Shown: piece by piece, positions 10,448 through 21,500 of the stretch | How positions within the stretch are numbered: position 1 is the first letter of the stretch | Layout: each line of letters begins with the position of its first letter | Origin: Candidatus Zhuqueibacterota bacterium | Lineage (GTDB): Bacteria; Zhuqueibacterota; Zhuqueibacteria; Thermofontimicrobiales; Thermofontimicrobiaceae | Direction: 5' to 3' | DNA length: 64,000 nucleotides | Assembly: GCA_049322915.1 (NCBI GenBank) | Contig: JBMOPW010000035.1 | Span: forward strand, 128,001-192,000 | Position numbers and translations under genes: made by a program | The notes under the pieces: generated by a model | What the model saw: only the letters and a program-made list of their open reading frames with translations | Told to the model about the DNA's origin: nothing | The model's database searches: none

Positions 10448-11317
10448 ATGAACGCTTATTTTCGCCTGCATCTCTCTATGCTTTTTTTTGCCGGCATTCT
10501 CATTGCGCTCGCCTGTACGAAAAATCCTTTTGGTGATGACGATATTTCTTCGGAAGCGCAGACAATCCACGGGACGGTTTCGCTTCAGCGCGATACGCCT
10601 GAAGGCGTGTATGTCTGGCTGGAAGGATTCAACCTGGGCACCTTCAGCGACACCAGCGGCGCGTTTGAATTGAAGCTCCCCTCTTCCTCCCGTTTCGCCA
10701 ATTTGACCGGCAATTTCCATCTCTATTTCTTCGTCGCAAACTACGCCATCGACACAGCCAGCGTGGTCATTCACAACGGCGAGGTGAAATTTGCACTCGG
10801 CGATCTGGATGAGAATGGAAAATTAAACCGCACCATCCACCTCATCAAATTAATGCATATTAAATTAGCTGCAAAGGAATCGGTTTTCGACGACGCAATT
10901 CCCCTGCGCGATATTGGGAAGGTGGCAATGGAATTGACTTTCACGGCCATCAAAGAGGCAGTGACCGCTGAGTTCCCGCGCAAAACCGAGGGGCCGCTGT
11001 GCATCATTTTTATGCAGCGCATTTCGCCGGACAATGATATTCAGAAGATGGTTTTAACAAATCCCCTGGCGTTGGAAAGCGACCTGGCATCCGATAATAT
11101 TACAACAGATCCCCGCTATTGGACGGGCAGCTTCAATAAAAGGACGCTGGAACTGCCCATCGGCGCATACAAAATCACCCCGTACTGCCTTATCCATCAA
11201 CCAGGGCTGCCGGACGCATTGGTTAAGAATTTTTGTAGAGACAAAAACAATCCGACGATCGACTTCGTCAATTTACCGATGAAAATTGAAGGTGGAATTT
11301 TTGAGACATATAATTAA
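10448..11317 (+). CDS. Lipoprotein of unknown function (paralog 1)
   Basis: Lipobox IALA-C; VYVWLEGF...DTSGAFELKLP beta-sandwich-like segment; similar over its full length to 11412-12278. Confidence 0.75.
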   Translation: MNAYFRLHLSMLFFAGILIALACTKNPFGDDDISSEAQTIHGTVSLQRDTPEGVYVWLEGFNLGTFSDTSGAFELKLPSSSRFANLTGNFHLYFFVANYAIDTASVVIHNGEVKFALGDLDENGKLNRTIHLIKLMHIKLAAKESVFDDAIPLRDIGKVAMELTFTAIKEAVTAEFPRKTEGPLCIIFMQRISPDNDIQKMVLTNPLALESDLASDNITTDPRYWTGSFNKRTLELPIGAYKITPYCLIHQPGLPDALVKNFCRDKNNPTIDFVNLPMKIEGGIFETYN

Positions 11318-11411
11318 ACTGTGAAACTTTCAACTCAGAGCTCGTATCTACAGGTAACAAAATTCGTTAACTATCGATTTCCATCACCCTATTTAACCGG
11401 CGAATCGCGCC

Positions 11412-12278
11412 ATGCCATTCACCCACTTCAAAATCATGTTTCTCACTGCGGCCATGCTTCTCGTCGCATGCACGGAGAATCCATTTTTCGATGACTCGAT
11501 TAAACCTCAGAACAGAACGTTTCGGGGACAGGTGGTATTGAGCGACCATGCGGCGCCGGACCAGGTGTATGTCTGGCTGGAAGGTTTTGATATTGGCGTA
11601 TGGACGGATGAGAAAGGGAATTTTGAGATACAACTGCCCACGCCGGGAACGCAAGCCGGTGAGGGAGTCACCGGGACATATAAATTGTTTTACTATCTGG
11701 CAAATTTTAAACTGGATTCTTCCTTCATCATGCTGAAAAATGGTGACGTGCTGCGTTCCGCCGGTGACCTGAACGAGAAGGCAGAAATCATGCAGTCGAA
11801 ATATCTGAACAAAATTTTGAAGATACGCACTGAAATTGAACCGGCCATTGTCTTCGATGACTACAGGGGAGGTTTCACCATCACGCTGTCCCTGGAGCCG
11901 CTCATCGATTCGGTCTTCGTGAAATTCCCGGATAAATCCGAAGGGCCGGTGGCCATCCTTCTCTTGGAGAGTATAATCCCAGAACAAGGCTATTTCGAAG
12001 TGGTGGATGTCAATGGTTTTGCGCTCTCCGCGCCTTTGATCGCCGACTCGCTCACACTGGTGCCCAAAACCTGGCGAGCTGGCTTCAGTCTGAATCTGAA
12101 AAAACTTCCCAAAGGCCGCTATCGAATTATTCCCTATTTCCTGATCGATCAGGGATTGATACCCTATGATCTCATGAATGATTTTGGAGTGAATTTCAGT
12201 CATCCGGTTCACGATTTCATCAACGTGCCGATCAAGCGTGAAGGCGGAGAGCTGGAGGTCAAGGAAGTCAGTAAATAG
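11412..12278 (+). CDS. Lipoprotein of unknown function (paralog 2)
   Basis: Lipobox LLVA-C; shares CTxNPF, VYVWLEGF, FPxKxEGP, LPxGxYxIxPY and KxEGG with the upstream paralog. Confidence 0.75.
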   Translation: MPFTHFKIMFLTAAMLLVACTENPFFDDSIKPQNRTFRGQVVLSDHAAPDQVYVWLEGFDIGVWTDEKGNFEIQLPTPGTQAGEGVTGTYKLFYYLANFKLDSSFIMLKNGDVLRSAGDLNEKAEIMQSKYLNKILKIRTEIEPAIVFDDYRGGFTITLSLEPLIDSVFVKFPDKSEGPVAILLLESIIPEQGYFEVVDVNGFALSAPLIADSLTLVPKTWRAGFSLNLKKLPKGRYRIIPYFLIDQGLIPYDLMNDFGVNFSHPVHDFINVPIKREGGELEVKEVSK

Positions 12279-12352
12279 CCATCTCCTTGCTATAATTTTT
12301 TAGCCAACCAAAAACATCACTTCTGTATCAGCCCACCTCATTGGCGCTAAAA

Positions 12353-13135
12353 TCACTCCGGTTTCACTGTTGCCTTTTCCTGAGTCGACCATGCTTTTGC
12401 GGGCAGCTCGTCGCGTTCGTCTTTCACGAGCCCGATGAATAGCTGCTCCAGCGAAGAATTCTGCGCCCTCAAATCTTCCCATTCCTGACGAATCAATTCC
12501 TTCAGAATTTTACCCTGGTGCAAAATAATAATCCTGTCGCACAAATGTTCGACGGTTTCAATGATATGCGATGAAAAGAGTACCGTTCCTCCGGCGGTGC
12601 AGAACTGTTTCAGGTAAGATTTGAACTGATAGCTGCTCTCCGGGTCAAGCCCGTTGGTGGCTTCGTCCAGGAACAGGATTTTCGGCTCGCCCACAAGCGC
12701 CGCGCAGATGCTCATTTTTCGGCGCATGCCCTGGGAATAATTTTTGATCAGATCATTTCGCTTCGACGTCAGATTGAAGAAATCCAGCCAGCGATCAATT
12801 TCTTTCCTTCTCTTCACCTGCGGGACTTTTCTGGCAGCAGTGATGAATTGAAGAAACTCTGCGCCGGTGAGGTAATCGTACAACAAGGGATTCTCCGGCG
12901 CGTAGCCGACAATCTGTTTATAACCAGTTTCACCAAAGGTTATCGGTTGCCCCGCAATCCGAAATGAACCGGAGTCCGGTTCGAGAATGCCCATGAGCAT
13001 GTTGAACAGCGTTGATTTGCCCGCGCCATTCAGACCCAGCAATCCGCACAACTGTCCAGCGTCGATCTTCAGCGTGATGTTTTTCAGCGCCTGCACGTTT
13101 TCGAAATATTTATCGATCAGGTCAATTTGAATCAT
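12353..13135 (-). CDS. ABC-2 type transporter ATP-binding protein
   Basis: GLNGAGKS, YSQGMRRK, LFLDEATNGLD, SSH; start moved to ATG 13135, which forms an ATGA overlap with the upstream stop. Confidence 0.9.
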   Translation of the reverse strand: MIQIDLIDKYFENVQALKNITLKIDAGQLCGLLGLNGAGKSTLFNMLMGILEPDSGSFRIAGQPITFGETGYKQIVGYAPENPLLYDYLTGAEFLQFITAARKVPQVKRRKEIDRWLDFFNLTSKRNDLIKNYSQGMRRKMSICAALVGEPKILFLDEATNGLDPESSYQFKSYLKQFCTAGGTVLFSSHIIETVEHLCDRIIILHQGKILKELIRQEWEDLRAQNSSLEQLFIGLVKDERDELPAKAWSTQEKATVKPE

Positions 13136-14511
13136 GGTATCTCCAGGTTTTGAAAATGTCTCTGCGATTTCCGGATCCAAAAAACCATCACGGCCAACAG
13201 GATCAAGGATCCGAAGGGCATAAAAAACCAGAACAGAAAAATCATAATAATTGAAATTGAAATGATGTAACCGCTGAGATTGAAATGAGGAAACAGGCCA
13301 AAACCGCCATTGCAAAAAATCGTGGCCATGATGGCCGGGAGGAATACGGCGCCCGCGAACGCGAACAGAATGAATTCACCGGTCAATCCGAATTTGAGGA
13401 GCGCCGCAATCAACGACAAGACAGCCGGGGTCGCGATGATTCCGAAAACGAGCAGCCATCGGGCGAACCACAGTGTCGCAGCAGTCAGAGGCAGGGATCG
13501 GAGCAGATGCGCGACCTCCGCGTCCCATTCGAAGAATTTGAGCATTGTCCCAATCATCAGAAAGCTGAAAATAGCCTCCAGAAAAATCAGGCTGACGTAA
13601 ACCGCGCTGCTGTTATCCTCGGCCACGACAACTGCAAGGGAAACAGCCGTTGTTATCAGCGGAATAATGGCCGAGCCGGATTTCCTTCGCCACATCAGAA
13701 GCATATCCCGCATCACGCTCGCCTGTACGGCACCGCCGGAAATACTCCGGGTCCGAGCACTTCGTCCTTTGCGGAGCGGCTGAGAACGCCTCCGGGGGCG
13801 GGCCTGCTTTTGTTTCAGGACGAATGTTTTGCGACAATGAACGAGCAGCGCTGAAAAGGCTAGCAAGACCGGCAGCAAGCAGGCCGCTGCACCCGCCGAC
13901 TCTGCGCTCAGGCATGCACCCACCTTCGGGCCTGTGCCGATTAACAACGCCAGCATCGCGAACTCAACCGGCAACCACACCAGCATATTTGGCACGTTTG
14001 AAAAATAAGCATGCCGGAAACGAAACGCCTGATAAAACGAGGCTAATTGCAGCAGCAACAGCACTCCCAGCGCCGCGACGAACTGGACGATTCGCACGTG
14101 GCCGAGGTTCGCCGATGCGAGCAAAAAGGGCAATGCGCCAACCAGAAGCAATAGCCCGGTTTTTCCAACATGGCGGAAGAGAAAATAGTCGGCAATGGTT
14201 CTCCTCCCCAGTGGCAGCGCACCCAACAGTTGCCATTCTCTGGTAACTCTCAGCGTGAACAAAGCGAAGAGTTGAGCGAGGACGAAGTAGGCAATCATGA
14301 AATACCTGCCAAAGAATATGGCCCACTGAGCTGGAAATTGTTCGTCGCTCAACCATGTGAAATTATAGCCAATATCCGCCGGAGAGCGCACCAGCAGCAG
14401 TGCAAGGATCGCGACGATCACGAGGAGTTCCAGAGTCGTCTTCCGATCAAAATGATGCCTGAGATAATTTTTATAGTAGGTGAGGCGGGTCTTCAAAAGA
14501 AGGATCAGCAT
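13132..14511 (-). CDS. Multi-pass membrane protein, probable ABC exporter permease
   Basis: About 12 hydrophobic segments in two halves, each with an L-x-x-LPL motif; translationally coupled to the ABC ATPase. Confidence 0.7.
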   Translation of the reverse strand: MLILLLKTRLTYYKNYLRHHFDRKTTLELLVIVAILALLLVRSPADIGYNFTWLSDEQFPAQWAIFFGRYFMIAYFVLAQLFALFTLRVTREWQLLGALPLGRRTIADYFLFRHVGKTGLLLLVGALPFLLASANLGHVRIVQFVAALGVLLLLQLASFYQAFRFRHAYFSNVPNMLVWLPVEFAMLALLIGTGPKVGACLSAESAGAAACLLPVLLAFSALLVHCRKTFVLKQKQARPRRRSQPLRKGRSARTRSISGGAVQASVMRDMLLMWRRKSGSAIIPLITTAVSLAVVVAEDNSSAVYVSLIFLEAIFSFLMIGTMLKFFEWDAEVAHLLRSLPLTAATLWFARWLLVFGIIATPAVLSLIAALLKFGLTGEFILFAFAGAVFLPAIMATIFCNGGFGLFPHFNLSGYIISISIIMIFLFWFFMPFGSLILLAVMVFWIRKSQRHFQNLEIP

Positions 14512-14685
14512 AGATTTGGCCTTTTTTTCATAATGATATTCATTAAACTCGATTTCACAAAATATTATCCCGTTTTTTTCAACGGTTGATTTTTTAAATC
14601 AATCACATCCGGACAAGGCGCGAATCGGTCCTGCCAGCCCTACATCTTGCGATGAATTATCATTTTGTCACAACAGGTATTTTTG

Positions 14686-14714
14686 TTGACAGGGGAAAAT
14701 TATTTTATTATATT
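14686..14714 (+). promoter_or_regulatory. Sigma70-like promoter upstream of the CHAT gene
   Basis: TTGACA-17 nt-TATATT. Confidence 0.6.
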
Positions 14715-14923
14715 CAACCTGGCCTTTTTTGCTTACCCTTTATAATTTTAATTCTCTTAACCCTCTTTCGTAGTGTGACTGTTTTAAGAATATTAAAGTT
14801 GCCCTGATCACGATCGGATGAAATCAACACCTGATCTTATTTTCCCGGCACGAAAAACTGAAATCAGCCCTAACATCTTTTTCAGCGCTGAGAATTGATG
14901 AAAATCTCTCATCCCAATTTCCC

Positions 14924-17900
14924 ATGAACACTGCACGTCATCAACATCGATCGAAACGTATTGTTTGTCTGATTGTTTTGCTGCTCCTCACACAGCCGTT
15001 GACGGGGGCGAATGCCGCTAAAGAACAGTCGGACAAACTGCTGCTGATTGAGTATTACCGTCTTCTGGAACTCATGCAGGACACTCCTCCGCCGCAGAAG
15101 ATCGTTCTGCTCCATGAGTTTATGGAATCACGGGCGGATTTCGAGGATATTTACATGTATCTTTTCGATCAATACTTGCTCAGCAATTTGCTAGACGATG
15201 CAGCGGATTATTTCCAGTCGCTTCTCTCGCATGGTAAAAGCGAATCCAACTGTCTCTGGATGCTGGCGAAAATTTATGCCAGTCAGGACCAACACCATCT
15301 GGCCCGGGAAATGTATCTCAAGGGGTTGAATGCTGCCGCTCCCTCGCTGGCGCTGGCCGAAGATGCAGTCGATTATTTTTGCAGCCAGGGTCAAAGCCAG
15401 CAATTGAAGCATGTACAGGCAGGCCGGGTTTATAAGACATGCATTCTCGCATTGACCGAACTCGAGCAAGCGCGCTACCAGAAAGCGCTGTCACTTTTCA
15501 TTGACTTGAATAAAACCGGACTGCATCCGATTTTCTGTCAGTATTATTGCGGTTACTGCAATTTCAAATTAGCGCGCTATGATGACGCAGCAGCCTGCTG
15601 GCAGAATAGCCTCGACGCTTCCCGATTACAGGGCGCGTTGCGCCAGGAAGCGCTCATTCTGGTCGGGCTGGGAGCGCTCTCCTACACCCGGGGTCGCTAT
15701 TCCCACGCGTCGCATTTTCTCGAACTGGCTGAGAAAATCATCTCGCGCATCGACGATTTTCGCATCGAGGAATATGCCACCGGCCATCATGCGGAGTTCG
15801 AGCTCAGCCAGGGGAATCACGAGCGAGCGATTTCCCGATTCGAACGGGCGGCGCAACTTTCGCTATCGCTGCATGAATTCGACCATGCTGCAGCCTGGTA
15901 TCTCGGCAAAGGCCGCGCGCTGTTCAGTGCGGACAGCCTGAATGCCGTTCTCCCCTGTCTCGAAACGAGCGAACACTATGCCCGACTGAAACAGAATCCG
16001 GCAATGCTGTTGGAATTGCGAATGGAGCGCGGACGTTTCTACCATCATCTCAACCTGACCGAACTGGCAAGACATGAATTTGTCGCCGCAGTGCAGGCAG
16101 CCAGGGAATTGGACTGGCCGTGCAAACTCGAAATCGCCCTCGACCGCTATGCTGAAATGCTCATCAGGGAAAAGCGATTTCTTGAAGCGCGTCGCATCTA
16201 TGGCAACTTTGTCAACGCGATAGTTCCCGGCTCAGAACCGGGGCGATTGTCGCATATTCACTGGAAGATCGGCGAGACCTACCGGTTGCAGGATTCTCTC
16301 AGGACGGCCCGGGCACACTATAGCCAGGCGCTCGAATTCGCGCTGCGCCAGCAGGATCACAATGAGGCGGCGTTGGCCAACTTGCGTCTGGGCGATGTCC
16401 AGCTTGGGCTCCGTCATTTTGACGATGCCATTCAATTCTATAACGAAGCGCTGCTGGCCGATTTTACCACTGAGAACTGGGAATTGCAGATTGAATTGAA
16501 TATGGGCATGGGCCATGCCTATCGCGGAAAAAAGGAATTGGATCGGGCGATCATGTTCTATAACCGCGCGGCGAATGTCATCGAGGAAAACAGGGGGAAG
16601 TTGATGGCCGCCCAATTTCGGTTGGGGTACTTCAGCCGGGGCGCCAGTGTCTACGACGCGCTGATTCAGGCCTATTTCGAACGGTACCGGCAACGTCAGG
16701 ACAACACAGTGCAGGAGCGGCTTTTCCATTGCATGGAAATGAGCCGCGCGCGCGTCCTTCGGGATTTAAAAAACAATGGCGCCGCGAGGCCGGGCGCCAA
16801 TTCCGATTATCGGCGCGCGTGCGAAGAGCTGGAACGAATTCAACGCTATCTGCGGCTTCATCCCGAATCAGAGGACTCGCTGAAAACCGAACTCGAAGCG
16901 GCGCGGTACAATTCCATCAACCGCCGGCTGATGCTGATGAACAAGGCGAATGCCGAAACTCCGGCGAATGCGCTGACCCTGAATGACCTCCGCGCCGGGC
17001 TGGAGCACACGGATTTCGGATTGCTTTTCTATCACATCTCCGAATATCAGTCTTTTGTCCTGATTGTGAATCAGGACCAGGTCGTCATCCTTCCGATGGA
17101 GGTCGATGGGTCACATCTGGCGAGTCAGGTCGATTCGTTGATTTCGCCCTTCACCAACGTGACAGTCGAATCGCTGCCGGAGACCCGTTTTCGCGCGGAT
17201 ATTGCCCATCGGCTGTACACCTTGCTGATTCAACCTGCCGAAAAAAAAGTAGCGCTGAAAAACAATTTGATCATCATCCCGGATTTTCCATTGACCAGCC
17301 TGCCTTTCGAATTGCTCCTGACCAAGCTGCCTCGCTGCGCTGCCTATGCTCCAGGCGATAGCGGCGACTATGCCGATTCGTTTTTACTCCATCGCTACTC
17401 GTTCATTTACAGCCCTTCCACCTGGCTCATTGAGGACAAAGCCGGGCCAGCGCCATCGGTCCCCGGCATCTTGATTCTGGCAAATCCGACGAACGACCAT
17501 CTTCCCCATTACGATCTGTCCTCTGCAGCAAGGCCTTCGCGCTGGGCCACCGATCTGCTGCTGTTCGCGGACGAGGAAGCGCAGAATATCAAGCGGAGCG
17601 GGAAACGGGTGAAAATATTTCATCGGAACACAGCGACGCGGGATAGTCTTTTTGCCCATGCCCGGAGCTATCCGATCATCCATTTCGCCACCCATGCGTT
17701 TGTGGACAGCGTGTTCGATGCCTTTTCCGGGCTGGTATTGGCGCCGGGCGTGGACGCCGCGGATGACGGTTTGCTCATGGGCTACGAAATTGCCGATGCC
17801 CATTTGCCCTGCGAGCTGATCACGCTGAGCGCCTGCGAAACTGCCAGGGGTAACATGCTGCCTGGCGAAGGTATTCTGGGGCTCCCCCGACTATTCTTCA

Positions 17901-18256
17901 GTTCCGGAGCGCGCAACGTACTCATGACCCATTGGAACGTCGACGATAAATTCACATCCAAACTGATGCCCCGATTTTACGACTATCTACTGGAAGAGAA
18001 TCTCTCCAAATCCGAGGCTCTAAAACAGGCGCAACTTTCGCTGATTCGAGCGACGAATGAAGGGAGCCAGTTAATTTACCATCACCCTGTGTACTGGGCG
18101 TCTTTTGTGTTGTACGGCATGCCGGACATCAGCACCGATTACTTCGTGAAAAATGGGAATCTCCGTCCAACGTTGATTGTTGTTTTCGCGCTTGCCCTCC
18201 TCCTCGGTCTGCTCATTCGTTTTTCTCATAGACGTTCTTCGAAAAGCATTGCATGA
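14924..18256 (+). CDS. TPR + CHAT (caspase-like clan CD peptidase) protein with signal peptide and C-terminal membrane anchor
   Basis: Signal peptide ending ANA-A; TPR-like repeats; ExSRAR, LIIIPD..L..LPFELL, IIHFATHA (His), LITLSACET (Cys), HWNVDD, HPVYWASFVLYG; C-terminal TM followed by RRSSK. Confidence 0.9.
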   Translation: MNTARHQHRSKRIVCLIVLLLLTQPLTGANAAKEQSDKLLLIEYYRLLELMQDTPPPQKIVLLHEFMESRADFEDIYMYLFDQYLLSNLLDDAADYFQSLLSHGKSESNCLWMLAKIYASQDQHHLAREMYLKGLNAAAPSLALAEDAVDYFCSQGQSQQLKHVQAGRVYKTCILALTELEQARYQKALSLFIDLNKTGLHPIFCQYYCGYCNFKLARYDDAAACWQNSLDASRLQGALRQEALILVGLGALSYTRGRYSHASHFLELAEKIISRIDDFRIEEYATGHHAEFELSQGNHERAISRFERAAQLSLSLHEFDHAAAWYLGKGRALFSADSLNAVLPCLETSEHYARLKQNPAMLLELRMERGRFYHHLNLTELARHEFVAAVQAARELDWPCKLEIALDRYAEMLIREKRFLEARRIYGNFVNAIVPGSEPGRLSHIHWKIGETYRLQDSLRTARAHYSQALEFALRQQDHNEAALANLRLGDVQLGLRHFDDAIQFYNEALLADFTTENWELQIELNMGMGHAYRGKKELDRAIMFYNRAANVIEENRGKLMAAQFRLGYFSRGASVYDALIQAYFERYRQRQDNTVQERLFHCMEMSRARVLRDLKNNGAARPGANSDYRRACEELERIQRYLRLHPESEDSLKTELEAARYNSINRRLMLMNKANAETPANALTLNDLRAGLEHTDFGLLFYHISEYQSFVLIVNQDQVVILPMEVDGSHLASQVDSLISPFTNVTVESLPETRFRADIAHRLYTLLIQPAEKKVALKNNLIIIPDFPLTSLPFELLLTKLPRCAAYAPGDSGDYADSFLLHRYSFIYSPSTWLIEDKAGPAPSVPGILILANPTNDHLPHYDLSSAARPSRWATDLLLFADEEAQNIKRSGKRVKIFHRNTATRDSLFAHARSYPIIHFATHAFVDSVFDAFSGLVLAPGVDAADDGLLMGYEIADAHLPCELITLSACETARGNMLPGEGILGLPRLFFSSGARNVLMTHWNVDDKFTSKLMPRFYDYLLEENLSKSEALKQAQLSLIRATNEGSQLIYHHPVYWASFVLYGMPDISTDYFVKNGNLRPTLIVVFALALLLGLLIRFSHRRSSKSIA

Positions 18257-18330
18257 TAAATAGATTTTAAGTGTATCGATCCTGCCTTCGATCATCATGC
18301 ACTGCGGTGAACATTTAATTAAAAATTACC

Positions 18331-18359
18331 TTGACTTTCTAAGTTTTGTTATTTATCTT
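18331..18359 (+). promoter_or_regulatory. Sigma70-like promoter upstream of the propeller gene
   Basis: TTGACT-17 nt-TATCTT. Confidence 0.5.
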
Positions 18360-18505
18360 TTTCGTAAGAATTGATATTTAAATCATCGATTCTAAAACTA
18401 ACCATTGAACATCACTTCCTTGATCCTTTCACCTGTCTATTTTTCATGACAATCCATTTTTCAGAAATAAAGTAATTATTGAGACTCATCAACAGTCCAA
18501 TTTCA

Positions 18506-21500
18506 ATGAAGATAAGAAGTCAAATATTTTTGCCTGCGGTGCTTTTGACTTTTATTTTTCAGATTCCCATCACAGCCCAGGTCGTTGTCACAACGTTCAG
18601 TGCTCCTGAAGCCATCCCCACAAATGTTGTTTTTTCCATATTCGAAGATGAAGCGCACATTCTCTGGGTCGGTACGAGTGGCGGATTAGGCCAGTATCAC
18701 GAAAATAACTGGGCTCAGTTGACAGAAAGTAATTCTCCGCTCATCAATAACCATGTGAAAGCGATTATACAGGATCATAACGGATACCTTTGGTTTGGAA
18801 CTGACCATGGCCTCAGTCAATATTACCAGGGAGCGTGGCAGAATTTCACCTATGCCGAGATGTCCGCTGACCCAAAATTCGACCAGATCACCTCGCTTTA
18901 TCTGGATTCCCGGAGTAAGCTTTGGATCGGCAGCAAGGAGGGCGGCGTTGTGAAACGATCCGGCAGCGGTTCATGGACCTATTACAGTCCGGCAGATGCC
19001 GGGTTCGGCGACGATATGATTACAGCGATATGCGAGGACAATAACAATCGTATCTGGTTTGGCACCGGGCATTCAGGAATCGTTGTTTTTGATCGCGAAT
19101 CTGAATGGTCCCGTCTTCAGGCACAGCCAGAAATAGGCGATGAGATACATCTGATCTATAAAGATAACCTGGATACATTATGGGTGAACACGGAAATCGG
19201 GCTGGCCCGGACATTCGATGGCATCGCCTGGAATTCGACCGGACTGGAAATGGTTCACGATGCCAGCGCTATTGCCGAAGACCAGGAGGGCAATATCTGG
19301 CTGGCCACTGAAAATGGCGAGCTGTTCCTTTATAATCGATACGAATGTAAAAAATCTGATGTACAATTCGACCAGGCCATTTGGTCGCTTCACCTGGATC
19401 ATGCGGGCTACCTTTGGGCGGCAACCAACGGCGGCGGCGTGAGTCGTTTGCATATCAACTGGCGGACGTTTCTTCAGGATTATATTATTTCGGACATCGA
19501 CGAGGATACCAGCGGTACATTATGGATTGGCACCGCTCGAAATGGAATAGCCAAATACGACGGGTCTGAATTTCAGATGATACAGGTGAAGAGCGATCTG
19601 ATACGAAAGGATTTTGTCAATTCCATTTTAGCCGATCATGAGAATCGGATCTGGTGCGGAACGAGGAGCGGTGTTTTCAGCTATGACCAGGATACATCGT
19701 GGCATGCTTATGGGGAGCCTGAGTTGCCCAATGTCATTGTAAACACAATTTTTCAGGACACACATAATCATCTATGGTTTGGCACATTGGGCGGCGCCAG
19801 CCGATTTGATGGCACTGACTGGCAAACATTTGATCGTGAACAGGGCCTGCCGGATACCAACGTGAAGGCAATCTGGGAGGACCATAAGGGGCACATCTGG
19901 TTTGGCACAGCCAATGGCGGCGCCTGCGAATTGAAACTGGATTCAGTGATCGCCATCTATAACATTGGAAATCAACTTTCCAGCAATAATGTTTCCGCGA
20001 TCCTTCAGGATAAAACGAACAACTACTGGTTTGGCACAAAAGATGGCTTACATCGATCGGACAGTTCGAAGGTTACATGGAGTCATTTTACAAAAGAGAG
20101 TAGCGGATTAGTCGACAACGACATAAAGACCCTGTTCGTTGATGATTACAACAACGTATGGGTTGGAACCTCTGCAGGCGGACTCTGCAAATTTGATGGA
20201 CAGTTCTGGTGGGATTTTAACAAATATTTGAGTGCTGATGAAGTGAACGCTGTTTTTCAGGATGCATCAAAAAATTACTGGTTTGGCACACCCATTGGAC
20301 TGGTTAAATATAGCGCGGATAAACTTGCCCCGAATACCTACATAACCATTGCTCCATCCTGCACGATCGGCGTGGCCTCGGCGATGTTTGCGTTCATTGG
20401 TGATGACAATGAAACTCCAAAAGAAAAGCTGGTTTTTAGCTGGGATTTGCAGTTGAAAAGTGAATTTGATGTGCACAACTGGTCTGATTACAGCGACCGG
20501 AATTATTGTTATATTGGTCCGCTTGGGAACGGCAACTATACTTTTTCTGTGAAAGCCCGCGATTCTGCCGGCAACGAGGATCATAAACCGGCGCAGTTCG
20601 ATTCCTTTACTGTGGATATAACGCCGCCTCAAACAATGTTGACTTACCCGGCGAACAATCAGAAAATTTCCGGGAAGGTGCCTGTTATCGGCGCTGTTTT
20701 CGACAATTCGCCCATCCGGGATTTTAAAATGTACCAATTGGATTACGCCAGAATCGATTCAGCCCGGGAGATTCAGGCGTTGGAATGGGTGAAAATTTAT
20801 CAGGATACAATCCCTTCCGATACCAATAAGACGCTATTCGAATGGGATACAGCAGATGTCGGGTATGGTCGTTATTCTCTCCGGCTATCTGCAGCAGATT
20901 ACCTGGAGCACAGGAGTGAATATCGGGTGGACGTGACGATTGTGGAATGTTTAACCGAGGTATCCAACAATTCCGGGTCGTCAATGATTGGTTCCTCGAA
21001 GCGGATTCAGCTTTATATTCCGCCCGGGGCGCTTCCGAAGGACATGATGGTTCATTTTTCACCGGTTGATACTTCGGACAAAAATAAAATCCCTGTTCCT
21101 CCGAACGATCACGTGAAATATTCTTCACTGGCCTATGAACTTGGGCCCAAAGACCTGAGTCTTTCTAAACCAGCCATCCTCGGTTTTCAGTACAATGATT
21201 CGGAAATTTCGTCTCTGCATGAAAAAAAGCTGTCGATCATGTTTGCCGATTCTACCGGTGAATATGAAATCCTGGGAGGATCCGTGGATTCAGATCAAAA
21301 TACAATCAGCACAGCGATAAAGAAAATGGGAGTCTATATTCTAATTGAAGATAATACATCAGCCCGTGCAAAGTCCAATATTTCAGACGTGAACTGTCAG
21401 CCGCGCATTTTTTCACCCAGGGGTAGCGGCTTTGCTGAAACTACGACTATTTTGTTCAAACTCTCCGCGCCTTCAAAAGTAAATGTGAAAGTCTATAACC

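Noticed and set aside
13136..13315. N-terminal extension of the ABC ATPase
   Set aside because: Overlaps the permease gene; the ATGA-coupled start at 13135 fits the family length.
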